From Eledone cirrhosa (Eukaryota), in NCBI GenBank assembly GCA_964016885.1, contig OZ024757.1, positions 23,374,001-23,438,000 on the forward strand: 64,000 nucleotides of DNA. Reading direction: 5' to 3'. The notes under the pieces are model-generated. The model saw only the letters and a list, made by a program, of their open reading frames with translations, did no database searches and was not told where the DNA came from. Of this stretch, positions 41,141-53,894 are shown piece after piece (position 1 is the first letter of the stretch; every line of letters begins with the position of its first letter). Made by a program: the position numbers and the translations under genes.

Positions 41141-41593
41141 TGAATGAATGAATATATATACATACATACACATACATACATTATATACATACACATACAT
41201 ACATTATATACATATACATACATACATTATATATATATATATATATAATACATTCATACATATATATATACTCTGAATATTTGGTTGTCAAATAACTTAA
41301 TTGGGGGGATCAAGAACAAGTGATTCAATCTAAGTCGATATAATGTTTGTAGATGGCTTTTTTTTCAAAACTATAGATTTAATATAATGGCATTTTCTTT
41401 TGTTTTGGTTTTTAAACAGCCATAAAAAGGATGATGGGGATAACTTTTAAAATAAACAAAGGTTAATGTAGTTTTGTAATAACTAGTTTGAAAGCTATAA
41501 ACACTGACTGAAGTGAAATACATAAATATGTTTTGGAAATAAAAACAGATTCTATATTTGTAAAAATCTATTTATGTTATATATATATATATA

Positions 41594-41939
41594 TCATCAT
41601 TCATCATCATTTCATTTTATGTCCGCTTTTCCCTGCTTGCAAGGGTGGGACGGGAACTGATTCTGGCTTGATTTCTACAGCTGGATGCCCTTCCTAACAC
41701 CAACCTCATTTACAGTGAGTGCTGGGTGCTTTTTTGCCGTGACACCTACACGTCCACTTTGCAGTGGAATGATAGGGAACCCAGTCCCTATCATCTCATT
41801 TCTACAGCTGAGTAAACTGGAGCAATGTGAAATAAAGTGTCTTGCTCAAGGAAACAACACATCACCCGGTCTGAGAATTGAACTCACAACCTTTTGATTG
41901 CAAGGCCAATGCTCTAACCACTAAGCCATGTGCCTCCAT
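41594..41939 (-). mobile_element. SINE-A
   Basis: Full length; inverted relative to the copy at 40759. Confidence 0.92.
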
Positions 41940-42218
41940 ATATATATAAATAAATATACACTGGTGTGTATGATTGTTTATAGAAGATTATATTAATAAA
42001 AGGAATTTCAACTTTGTCTGATTTACTCGTTTTATTTACAATCCTTTAAAATTATAATCATATTATAATGAAATAGTATGGTAGAATATTAAATGTTAAA
42101 TGTTAATTGAACAAGTACTTTGATGCTTTCGGAATCTTCAGGTTCATATTCAGTGGTGACAGTCAAGTTTGCAATTTTCAACATTATATATATATATACA
42201 CATACAAACATATATATG

Positions 42219-42258
<40 letters not shown>

Positions 42259-42589
42259 AATGTATATACAAACATACATGCACATTTATATATATATATA
42301 CATAAATACATATGTATATATATATATATAATAATAATAATAATAATAAGGGTTGATGGACCCAGCATATTTATATATATGTATGCATGTATGCATGTGT
42401 ATTTATACAGAAATGTATATATACAAACATACACGCATATTTATATATATATATATATACATAAATACATATACAAACATACATACATATTTATATATAT
42501 ATATACATAAATACATATACAAACATACATACATATTTATATATATATATACATAAATACATATACAAACATACATACATATATATATC

Positions 42590-42626
<37 letters not shown>

Positions 42627-42629
<3 letters not shown>

Positions 42630-43030
42630 GGAAAAATTTGAACAGGGACAAAACAGAGAGGCAGTACAACAAATGTTTATTAATTTCACGCTCAGGAGAG
42701 TGGGGTGTTGGTGGAGGACGACGTTTCGGGCATAAGCCCTTCCTCAGGTGGGAAGTGTGTGGGAACAGAGTTCAAAGGGTGTGTAGGGGAGTGGTGGAGA
42801 GACATATAGCGAAAGGAAACGGTGCGAATGAAAAAATAAAAAATAAAGGTAAAAATAAAAATAAAGCATGATCAAAATACAAGGAATGAGATAAATTTAA
42901 AAATAAAGGCATGATCAAAATAAACTGAAATTAAAAGGGGGTTAAACAGGTGGTGGAAGGGTGTGGGGTGTGTAGGGGTGGTGGCGGGTGGAGTGGAGAG
43001 AGGGAGACGGGGTGTCCGAGCGGAAATATA
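42627..43030 (-). mobile_element. Penelope-like 3' end with a minimal hammerhead core (42715-42750)
   Basis: Reverse strand CTGAGGA-agggc ttat gccc-GAAACGTC; helix I is poor; in (TA)n. Confidence 0.65.
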
Positions 43031-43299
43031 TATGTAGATATATGTATATTCGTATACATACATATATACACATACATATTTTATAAATATTATATATATA
43101 CATATATATATTTTAAGTAATTTATTGTAGTTACATTTACACGAAGGCAACACAAATCAAATTATTTCAGTTATGTCCCTATATAATCAATGATTTAAGA
43201 AATGAATTCTTTGTTTCAGTGTAGTCTTTTATGAAAGGAAATGTCAGGACTAATCCTGTAGACCATATAAATATACACACACATATGCATATATATATA

Positions 43300-43536
43300 T
43301 ATTTAAGAGTTAAACAAGATTCAATGAGTACTTCAAAGAATGAGTTTTACAATAGATTGGAAGCACTCTACGGATAAATATTTTCCAGAGTTATTAATAT
43401 TAATTCAAATATTAACAAAATAGATATTCTTGTGATCAATTAAATTTTATTATACATATTTCAGAGGTACTGAATTAAGATCAACAGTACGTCCTCATCA
43501 GATAAAATAAAATGATACATGATATACCCTGACATG
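43300..43536 (-). mobile_element. PLE-like element of the 36-kb family
   Basis: Colinear with the reverse complement of ~36110-36338. Confidence 0.8.
43444..43508 (-). ncRNA. Type I hammerhead ribozyme
   Basis: attttat-CTGATGA-ggacgtactg ttgatcttaatt cagtacctct-GAAA-tatgtaTA|ataaaat. Confidence 0.75.
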
Positions 43537-43633
43537 GGATTTTATGAAAGGAAATGTCAGGACTAATCCTGTAGACCATATAAATATACACACACATATG
43601 CATATATATACATAAATACATATACAAACATAC

Positions 43634-43684
<51 letters not shown>

Positions 43685-44175
43685 AAGGGTTGATGGACCT
43701 TGATCTTAATTCAGTACCTCTGGGTAGGGTAACTTGGGCTTAGACCAACCTACATGAGCTGCCTCTGATACGGCTATCATGAGGTTGTCTAGCAGAACAG
43801 GTTGGATATGGAAGAGTGAGCCTCAATAAAAATCCTGTCCATCTCATAGTAAGTAGTAGCTCATGTGATGGTCATCAGTTTAATAAGATGACTCCAGCAT
43901 TGTGAACACTATTGGCTTCACAGATGATCGACTATTAATTCAACAATGGGTTGGAACAACTGCTCCAGTTAGCAGAAAAATCTATGAGTATGCAGGTGTG
44001 GTGAGCCCCACATATATATTCTAGCCACTAGAAAAAGCAAAATGAAGTTCAATGCAAGCACCAAAATTCAAGTCCTTGATTTGCGGCTCTTCAGATGCTT
44101 CATTTTCGATGAAGGGATGACTCAAGTAAAGAGAGAGGGAGAGAAGGATCTAAGCAACAGCTGCAATCTGTAGTA

Positions 44176-44384
44176 TGCTGTATATACTTTAATATAAGCC
44201 AAGGAATATGTGACCAAAATGTCGATGGTAAAATTGGGAGGTTGTGTTATATATACCATCTAAACAATGTGTTGATTAGCTGCCTTAGTTTATAAACAGG
44301 GTTAGGATCTTTATCTATTTCTAAGATATAAAACAGGAGAGTCAGCTTATATTTAGAACGGATTATATTCAAGTATATATGGTA
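44176..44384. mobile_element. Old pogo/Tc2-like MITE
   Basis: ctgtatatactttaatataagcc ... ttatattcaagtatatatggta. Confidence 0.5.
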
Positions 44385-45479
44385 AATAAAATTCTAGAAA
44401 ACATGGCAGCAATAATCAGGTTACTCTTATATGAAACGGTTCAGTATTTGGTAGGCAAAGCATTTGACTACAGTTTGGAATATAAAATATAAAACAGAGA
44501 AGTTTTGACAGCTAACCAATGGGAGAGAACCTGGAATTATAAAATGGAACAACTCTGACATCCATTACTGAGCCATCTTTAAGGATATAAAATATTTCTA
44601 GTCTGGTTATACAACCATCTTCACCTGATAAAATTATCTAATTTTGACTAAACACCATAAAATCACTAAAAAAATTTCTGATTGAAAACAATGGTGACAT
44701 GTTAAGACTGAGAAACAAATTATATTCAGCTTGATCTTGGTGTGAATTAGGTGCAATAAAATGTCCTTCACGGGGCCTATCAAATTTGGAACACAGACTT
44801 TTATTACATGTACTACTGGTAAAGAGAAGATTAAAACCATTATTATTCCTCTAGGGTTCCAGAATTTCATCAAATGAACCAAGCAGATATTATCTGATAG
44901 AAAACATTACAAGCTAGCAATGACAGCCATGTTTTAATATCTCCCACACTGTTTTAAAAAAAATGTTCCAATATTTGTGATCATGATCATCTCATCGATA
45001 TACTTTCTGAAAAATTATTTTCAATAAACTATGATGATGATGATAACAGATTAAATTACAGTCACAGCTATTTGAATTATATTATTTGTGCTTCTTAAAG
45101 AAATATTATTGTATTTTCAGTTTTCTTCGAATTACTAATAAATTCAACTTTAATTGATTTCTACAAATAAAATTTAGTTTTTATATCTTTTCCATAAGAT
45201 TATTCGCAAAGTTAAGAGGATTTTTTTTTTATATTCTAATACTAAAAACACGAATTTATTTGTAGAAAATTAAAATTTCATCACTGGCTCTAGGAAGTTT
45301 TTGTCAGCTTCTTTTAACCTCTAAACAGTCAATGCCTTTTTCTTCTGCTTAGTTACTTTGATTCCATTTATGTTTTTAAAATTTCCCTCATTTCTCCCTA
45401 AACTTTAGTATTTTGTAATCCCCATACCTGTTGGTGAGGAATTTTTAGCGACTTTACTATTGATGATGATGCTGCCTCT

Positions 45480-46050
45480 CACTCTTTTGATACCAACCTG
45501 GCCAAAACCTTCCCCCATTCTATGAAGTTAAACTATCCACCCACTTTAAAGGATTCCTATTTAAATTAAAACCTTCCAATATAATTTTATATAAGAGTCG
45601 TGTGTTAAGTTATCTTAGTAATGAAAAATTATAAATTTTAATAAATCCTTCAAAATTCTTTATTAGATGTTAGATACCAGCATGACCAAAACTAACTCTA
45701 GCTCTATGAAACAAAACCACTCATTTTAAATTAAAATATTACAATATAATTTTATATAAGAACTGTGTGTTGAGTTACTGTCTTAGTAATAAAAAATTAT
45801 TGATTTTAATAAATCTTTTGAAATCAGCCAACCCAAAACTGGCTTTGCTAATATGAAATAAAACCACTCATTTGAAAAGGCTTTTATTTAAATTAATACC
45901 AACTAGCATAATTTTGTATTAGAACCACATGTTAAGTTACTGTCTTAGTAAAGGAATAGTTAATAAGTTTAGTAAATTCCTCCCAAATTCTTCATGAATT
46001 AATTGCAATAGAGAGTATTTGATTAGAAATAAGTTAATGGAAACGTTAAA
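45480..46050. repeat. Degenerate ~180-bp triplicated unit, possibly an old MITE
   Basis: ataattttatataag..gttaagtta..tcttagtaa occurs three times. Confidence 0.6.
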
Positions 46051-46320
46051 GGAATAGGTTTTTGTACTGAGGACATGAAACCCTATATAGTGCTGGAGAT
46101 ATGAATAAATGCACTTAGTATGCTCTATAAGTAGTTGACCGTAAGAAGGGTGTCCAGCTGCAAAAGCCATGCCAGAAATGGAACATGGTCTCTGGATCCA
46201 TGTAGGAGTGCAGTGGCTTCGAATAAGTACTGACTTGGTCCAAAACAACCCATCCAACCCATGCCTGGATGGAAAAAACAAATGTAAAGATGATGATGAT
46301 GATGAGCATGTATATATATA

Positions 46321-47190
46321 TTAGCAGCGGAGGTGGGTGTTCGGAAAGTACAATAACTAGGGTAAGAACGGAATGGAATTAGTTCAGGGAGCTACTGCCA
46401 CTGCTAGCTGCAAAAGGCTTTTCCCTCAAAATGAAAGGCAGACTGTATGATGCATGTATACGAACAGCAATGCTACATGGTAGTGAGACCTGGGCGCTGT
46501 CTGTGGAAGACTTGCGTAAAATTAGAAAGAAACGAAGCCTGCATGCTCCGATGGATGTGTAATAGTAATATACGTGAACGGCAAAGCATAAATCAATTGA
46601 GAGAGAGACTGAGCATAAGAGGAATCAAATGCTGTGTGCAGTAGAGGTGGATGCGTTGGTATGGACATGTGATACATATGAAGGATGACAGCTGCATAAA
46701 AAGGTGCAGAGCACTAGAAGTCAATGGAAACCGCGGAGTGGGGAGACCCAAGAAGACCTGGGATGAGGTGATAAAAGCCGACCTTACCCAATTACACCTC
46801 TCAAAGGCAATGACACACGACCGTGATCTGGCATCACGCAGTAATACAGAGTACCCGACCTCCCATGGGTACAAGCTGAAGCATATAGACAATATGCCCC
46901 CACCGCAAGGTGGTCGTGGAGGTGCCACGGCAAAAAAGCACCAAGCCCACACTGTAAAGTGGACGTGTAGGCGCCACGGAAAAAGCACCCAGCACTCACT
47001 GTAAATGAGGTTGGTGTTAGGAAGGGCATCCAGCTGTAGAAATCAAGCCAGAATCAGTTCCCGTATGAGCAAGGCATGGTCAGCCGATCAGACACTGCCC
47101 ACAACAGGACAACCTGTCTAACCTATGCTAGCATGGAAGAACGGACGTAAAACGGTGATGATAATGATGATGATGATGATGATGATGATG
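46321..47190 (+). mobile_element. RTE LINE family 1, 3' part with frameshifts and stops
   Basis: Highly similar to the reverse complement of 4571-5430. Confidence 0.93.
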
Positions 47191-47516
47191 AATCGGTTCC
47201 CGTGCCACTCTTGCAAGCAGGGAAAAGCGGACGTAAAATGATGATGATGATGATGATATATATATATAATTAGCGTTTAGCATCCATTTTGCCATGCTAG
47301 TATAGGTTAGACTGGTCGTCCACATTGGGAGAGAAGTCTGGCTAGAATTGGCCACTCTGTACCTTGCTCCAACAAGGACTGTAAATTAGGCCGGCGATTT
47401 TACAGCTGGTGGATGCCCTTCCTAACAGCAAACACATTTACAATGTGAAACTGGATGGCATTGTGACAAGGAGCGACATGCCAGTTGGCTGCGCCGAACC
47501 CATCGCACAGTGGGAC

Positions 47517-47543
<27 letters not shown>

Positions 47544-47548
<5 letters not shown>

Positions 47549-48338
47549 TTAGAAACACACAGATACATGCGGACACACACATATATACATGAATGCATCC
47601 GCACCCAACTGTGAGTTAAGGGTGCCAACTTCACCGATGTTGCTCAATGAATGACTGGGACAGACCAATTCAGTTTGAACCAGACTGAACCAGTATCAGA
47701 GTTAAAAATACATTATGAAGAGAGAAGAAACATTTAGATATAATTAGTAATAAAATGTATCATACCTAAACTGTTCCTAAATTCCTCGACTACGTAGTTT
47801 CGTGGCATAAACAAAAACAATATATCAAAGATATAGAGTCCTTGACTCACAGTTGGGTGCGGATGCATTCATGTATATATGTGTGTGTCCGCATGTATCT
47901 GTGTGTTTTTAAATATATTAATAACTCCCTCTGGTCGAGCAATCTTTGAAGTGTGGGGACAACTGGAAAGCTTCCATTACTCATACTTCTCGCCTTCTTC
48001 ACTACCTCTTCTGCGGCCTAGATATGAATACCCCCTCCGCCTCCGTGGTATTTTCTTCGTGGTTATAAGAGGCTTAGCTCTGTTTCTCGACCGTTATATC
48101 GCGTGACTATCTCCCCCTCCGCCTTTTGGGATTCTTTCTCACGTCGTATAGACGCGTTCTTGAGACTAGTAAAATGAGGTATCCTCTTGATAAGTCGGCA
48201 GACCTCGCAAGGACTCTATATCTTTGATATATTGTTTTTGTTTATGCCACGAAACTACGTAGTCGAGGAATTTAGGAACAGTTTAGGTATGATACATTTT
48301 ATTACTAATTATATCTAAATGTTTCTTCTCTCTTCATA

Positions 48339-48344
<6 letters not shown>
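47544..48344. mobile_element. (TA)n-embedded element with interleaved inverted repeats and a hammerhead 3' half
   Basis: 47544-47621 / 47840-47917 and 47708-47844 / 48208-48344; GAAAC-TACGTA-GTC at 48251-48264. Confidence 0.7.
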
Positions 48345-48366
<22 letters not shown>

Positions 48367-48369
<3 letters not shown>

Positions 48370-48868
48370 AGTTGAAATAAAATGAAAACGAAATTTCATT
48401 TCTCACTCTTAGTACGGCACTTACTTAAATGTAAGTATGTGTGTATACGTACATACATATATGTATACATTTTATTTCAACTTATCGTTTTCGGTATGCC
48501 TGACCGACTTAGCTCACTCGATATGCAAATTAGGCTGCTCAGCCGTTAATTTTCATAAGGAAAGTATATACTTTCGAACGTTCAACTATCTGGCAGATGG
48601 GTATACGGTGCTGATGATAGCTAACAAGCTTGAAACTAGTACATCGTTCTTGTGTCAGTGTTGAACAAAAAGTTGACGTGGTTGCCTTAACACCGTACGG
48701 CATAAAAATTCAGGCTGTTCAGTTTGTTTACAAACGAACAAAGCGGCGTTATAATAAGCGTCCGCTAAACTGATACGTGCATGTATGTGTACCTGTATGT
48801 ATATGTATATATGTATGTATATATATATATTTCGTTTCTGAATTTGCAACATGACCCTCCCAAAGTAT

Positions 48869-48909
<41 letters not shown>

Positions 48910-48964
48910 TACTACTGTACGTCTGTATACATATATGTATGTACGTATACACACATACTTACAT
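48367..48964. mobile_element. (TA)n-embedded element with interleaved inverted repeats and a hammerhead
   Basis: 48367-48384 / 48468-48485 and 48429-48469 / 48924-48964. Confidence 0.7.
48606..48646 (+). ncRNA. Minimal type I hammerhead ribozyme
   Basis: cggtg-CTGATGA-t agct aaca agct t-GAAAC-ta-GTA|catcg. Confidence 0.75.
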
Positions 48965-48983
48965 ATATATATATATATATATA

Positions 48984-49225
48984 TATATGAAAGACGTAAA
49001 ATAAGAAAATTATAATAATTAACTTACCTACTTAAGTTTCACTCGAACTAATTAGTTTCTGAAAGGGGATATACATAGTGTTCTTTATAATTATTATAAT
49101 TTTCTTATTTTACGTCTTTCATATAATTGTTCTACATTTTTGTATTGAACCACAAAGTTACTAAGACAAAACCTATATCTTGCTAGCATAAGTATACTTC
49201 TGTATAGATATACTAATTCTTTATA
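48984..49225. mobile_element. (TA)n-embedded fold-back element with a hammerhead 3' half
   Basis: 48984-49021 / 49088-49125 perfect inverted pair; reverse strand GAAAC-TTAA-GTA at 49029-49040. Confidence 0.6.
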
Positions 49226-49965
49226 TATATATATATATATATATTATTGATTTTACCTTTCACATTTTCATGTTGGCATGGAAAGGACAGGATATTTTAA
49301 GATAATGTTTTACAGCTGGTTGCCCTTCCTGACACCTCTTCTGACATGCAGGGATATGATGTACCTATTCTAAAAACTAGCAAAATATATTTAAATAACA
49401 TACTCATATACACAATATACACCATCATCTTCATCATCATTTTTAACTCTAATTTTCCATGGTGGCATCAGTTGGTTGGGATGGTTTGAGGTGATGTTTT
49501 ACAGCTGGATTACCTTCCTGACATGACACCTTCCTTTTAGTCACCTCTTAACGACATGCAGGGATGCAGTGTATCTATTCCCAAAACCAGGAAACACATG
49601 ACAAATCGATATTAAATAAGGATGGTGATCATGATAAGAAATAAGTTGAATTAAATCTTACAAGCATTAATTTCAACTCTTCTTCTCAATAACTGCATTG
49701 TTTCTTTCCAGAGACTATGTTGAAAAATAAACCTCATTTGGTCCTTCCATGAGAGTATCATGATCAGCCTATGAACTTTTCATATATATTTACACCCACA
49801 TACACATACAAGCATATGCACATCAACTCTATTAGATGCACAACCGCTGGTCATAACAGTGTTGAAAAATAAGTTTTTCATTTACTCTTAATGTGATGAA
49901 TGAATGGTGCACAAATAAACAGCTAAATAAATATGATAACCCAATTTAAATAAGTATAATGAAAT

Positions 49966-50000
<35 letters not shown>

Positions 50001-50355
50001 CAAACGTTAGATGATGATGATGTATATAAGTATATGTATTCACTGTCTAACCCATGCTAGCGAGGAAAGTGGACGTTAAATGATGATGATGATGATGATT
50101 CATGTGCAGCTTTACTATATAGATATATATAGAGAGAGAGACGTTAAACGATGATGATGATATATATATGTGTGCATGTGTGTGTGTGTATGTATATATA
50201 TATATAATCAGATTTGTGAAAAATGTATTTTAAATTATCCACCAACGAATTTTTCATCAATATTATTAATGAGAAAATCATAGCAATTGATTTAATTTTA
50301 TCGATTGAAATGAAAAAAACTTAGAATCAGTCAGCTGGAGAAACTGTAAAAACAA

Positions 50356-50399
<44 letters not shown>

Positions 50400-51654
50400 T
50401 AATAATAAATAAATAAATAATTAAATAAATGAAATATATACATATATATATAAATTTTCAAAAATTTGATTTAAATATTTAAAAGTGTTATTGTTATCAG
50501 GGCTGCCATTGTTGAAAGAATTTTTAGAAAGAAAAGATGAGGGCGGGTGTGATCAGGGGAGGGTTGGTGTGATCAAGGAAAGGGTGGGTGTGATCAGGTG
50601 TGGGTAAAGGTGAAAGTAGAAAAAGAATATACTGTATAAACCTGGTGGGAGTTTTACTTTTCGAAAACAGATTTTTTACAACAACAACAGCAAAAACAAC
50701 AGCAGCACAACACAATTGTAATAGTAATAATAATAATCGGCTTTTAAAGAGACTTTGAGATGTGAAAATAAATAGTGCAACTGTAGAACAAATATATACT
50801 GTGTGTACAACAATTGCACTATTTCATGCATGGTTAACATTGATTAATGAGATGCACTGGCATGGAGCAGAAAGGGGAAGAACTGGGTTTTTTCTAAAAT
50901 AAAACAAAATTAAAATTAAAATAAATAAAATAAAATAAAAATTAAAATAAAAAAGAACAAATTTAAGTTGGAATAACAAAGTTAGATAAACAGAATTTCT
51001 TTCTCCTCTCCCTCCCTCCTTCCCTCCATGAGTCTATGTATAGATATGTATATGCTCATGTGTGTGTATATATATATATATATACACACACACATGCGGT
51101 TGTATATACAAAAACGTGATCATACACACTCACACATATAAATATATACACAAACATGATCATATACATATCTACTATACACACATATATAGATAGATAT
51201 GTTTCTTTATTAGCCACAGGAGCACAAAAGAAGGGGACAAATACAAAGGGGGAAGTTTACATACAATAAAAACGTGTAAAATATTATCACAAATGCAATT
51301 TAAAAATTAGTCGAGTTTCCCCATTAGGGGGAGACAGTTCATATGGGTAACACATACCCCCGAAAAAATGGAGATAGATAGATAGATATATGGTAAGGTA
51401 GGTAAACTAGATTTTGCTGACTGGTTTTATTATTTTCTCCCAATTCTGTGTGTTTGTTTATTTGTATTTGTCTATTTGTGTTTATGTATGTGTGTGTGTT
51501 TATATGAGTGGTGTATGTTTATATATGTGTTTGGGTACATGTGTGTGTGTGTTTATACATGTGTGTGGTGTATATGTTTATATATGTGTGTGTGTTTATA
51601 TATGTGTGTGGTGTGTATGTTTATATATGTGTATGGTGTGTATGTTTATATATA

Positions 51655-51826
51655 TGAAAAACATGGGTGGAGGTGGTGAGAACAGACCTCAGATCGTTGA
51701 AGCTCACGGTGGAGATGACGAAGGAGCGTGACAAGTGGAGAGATGCTGTGCTGAATAAGACCCGTCCGACCCGTGCAAGCAGGGAAAAGCGGACGTAAAA
51801 TGATGATGATGATGATGATGATGATG
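51655..51826 (+). mobile_element. RTE family-2 extreme 3' end
   Basis: KTWVEVVRTDLRSLKLTVEMTKERDKWRDAV followed by the family-2 tail. Confidence 0.85.
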
Positions 51827-51914
51827 TGTATGTATGTGAGTTTATATATGCAAACAACAAGTACATAGTATATGTGTGCAGTTTGGGTATGTGTGTGTGT
51901 GTGTCTGTGTGGAA

Positions 51915-51946
<32 letters not shown>

Positions 51947-51952
<6 letters not shown>

Positions 51953-52463
51953 AAATAAAGATCCGAAGGCATGGTATAAATTTACAATCATTTTAATCAC
52001 CACATGTTTCAATAAGAGATAGATCGATCATGCGGCCATGATCAATTATCACTGATTGATCTCGTCAGGTGAAAATGAATTGTCTTCAAATCTTTGATAT
52101 GAGGGAGAAAATTTAACGGTGTTCACTCACTAGAGTTTTGTCCCCCATATGAAGATTAAGCAGCTAAAACATGCCGAACGCTATCGTCCTCAGTTAGGGT
52201 CATAAAACTATCAAGTCTCTATCTGTGAATAGCTGTAAAAGATGCTGGACGGGTCTAATCTCAACATCATTAAAATGATTGGAAATTTATGCCATGCCTT
52301 TGGATCTTTATTTTGATATAAATATTCCGTTTTACATCATCTAGCTGTTCCCATAAATGGAATTGGAGATATACAAAAGCGTGGAGAACTTAATATTGCT
52401 AACAAAAGTTTATTGGAGCGTATGACATAACCAATAATACACCTTACTATATAACAACTTTTT
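51947..52463. mobile_element. PLE-like element with inverted repeats and a long-helix-II hammerhead (minus strand, ~51988-52078)
   Basis: 51947-51997 / 52269-52320 inverted; reverse strand tcac-CTGACGA..gatcatg gccg catgatc..GAAACATGTG-gtga. Confidence 0.65.
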
Positions 52464-52497
52464 ATATATATATATATATACACACACATATATATAT

Positions 52498-52848
52498 ATG
52501 GAGGCACATGGCTTAGTGGTTAGAGCATTGGCCTTGCAATCGAAAGGTTGTGAGTTCAATTCTCAGACCGGGTGATGGTGTTGTTTCCTTGAGCAAGACA
52601 CTTTATTTCACATTGCTCCAGTTTACTCAGCTGTAGAAATGAGATGATAGGACTGGGGGTCCCTATCATTCCACTGCAAAGTGGTCATGGAGGTGCCACG
52701 GCAAAAAAGCACCCAGCACTCACTGTAAATGAGGTTGGTGTTAGGAAGGGCATCCAGCTGTAGAAATCAAGCCAGCATCAGTTGCCGTCCCCCCCTTGCA
52801 AGCAGGGAAAAAGCGGACGTAAAATGAAATGATGATGATGATGATGAT
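52498..52848 (+). mobile_element. SINE-A
   Basis: Full length. Confidence 0.92.
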
Positions 52849-53174
52849 ATATATATGCAAAGGAGTACAGTGCGTATGTGTGCAGAAATAGCCACATCAG
52901 AATCTCTGGTTGTGACATATTTTAAGAAAATACAGATATGCCTTTTCATTGTTGTTGCTTCCTGCCTTTATTTCAATGAAGGATTCCTCGTTATTTACCC
53001 ATTTTACTAACGAAGTTCATAGAAACAGTGTTAACCCTTTCATTGTATGTAAGACCTGTAAGTCCTGGTGGAGTTGGGACACTATAGTGACATACAATGT
53101 TTCTTAGGCACTTTAAAACTGGTGGGGCCCATCCCTTCTCTATGGTTGAACACTGCTGATTTCTTCCAGAGGAC

Positions 53175-53710
53175 AGAGTGAGAAAGTGAGAGAGAGCGGA
53201 AGTGAGAAAGAGAGAGAGTGATAGAGAGGAAGTGAGAAAGAGAGAGAGTGATAGAGAGGAAGTGAGAAAGAGAGAGAGTGATAGAGAGGAAGTGAGAAAG
53301 AGGTGTAGAGGAAGTGAGAAAGAGGTGTAGAGGAAGTGAGAAAGAGAGAGAGAGTGATAGAGAGGAAGTGAGAAAGAGGTGTAGACGAAGTGAGAAAGAG
53401 AGAGAGTGATAGAGAGGAAGTGAGAGAGAGAGTGATAGAGAGGAAGTGAGAGAGGAAGTGAGAGAGAGAGAGAGAGAGAGAGTGATAGAGAGGAAGTGAG
53501 AAAGAAAGTGATAGAGAGGAAGTGAGAAAGAGGTGTAGAGGAAGTGAGAAAGAGAGAGAGTGATAGAGAGGAAGTGAGAAAGAGGTGTAGAGGAAGTGAG
53601 AATGAGGTAGAGAGGAGGCGAGAAAGAGAGATAGAGAGGAAGCGAGAAAGAGAGATAGAGAGGTAGAGAGGAAGTGAGAGAGAGGTAGAGAGAGGAAGTG
53701 AGAAAGAGGT
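53175..53710. repeat. Polypurine minisatellite gagaggaagtgagaaagagagagagtgata
   Basis: Directly visible. Confidence 0.95.
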
Positions 53711-53894
53711 GGTTGGGAGGAGGAGGGGGTGGGGAGGGGGGGGGGGGGGGGGCACCTTGTTCTAGTCTATATCATAAAAGAAGAGTCGTTTCTCCATCTA
53801 TCTGTTCATCACACTTACGGATCTATGTTACTTTACATGCACCTTTGATGAGTTGTAGTGCACCTGAGCACTGTACAAAATAATGTTCATTATT

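Noticed and set aside
42120-42160. Minus-strand CTGAAGA-ttcc-GAAA hammerhead-like motif
   Set aside because: No convincing helix I or III; could be chance or a very decayed copy
51200-51370. Possible L1/Tx1 3' end on the minus strand
   Set aside because: Resemblance from memory only; there is no ORF or second copy here
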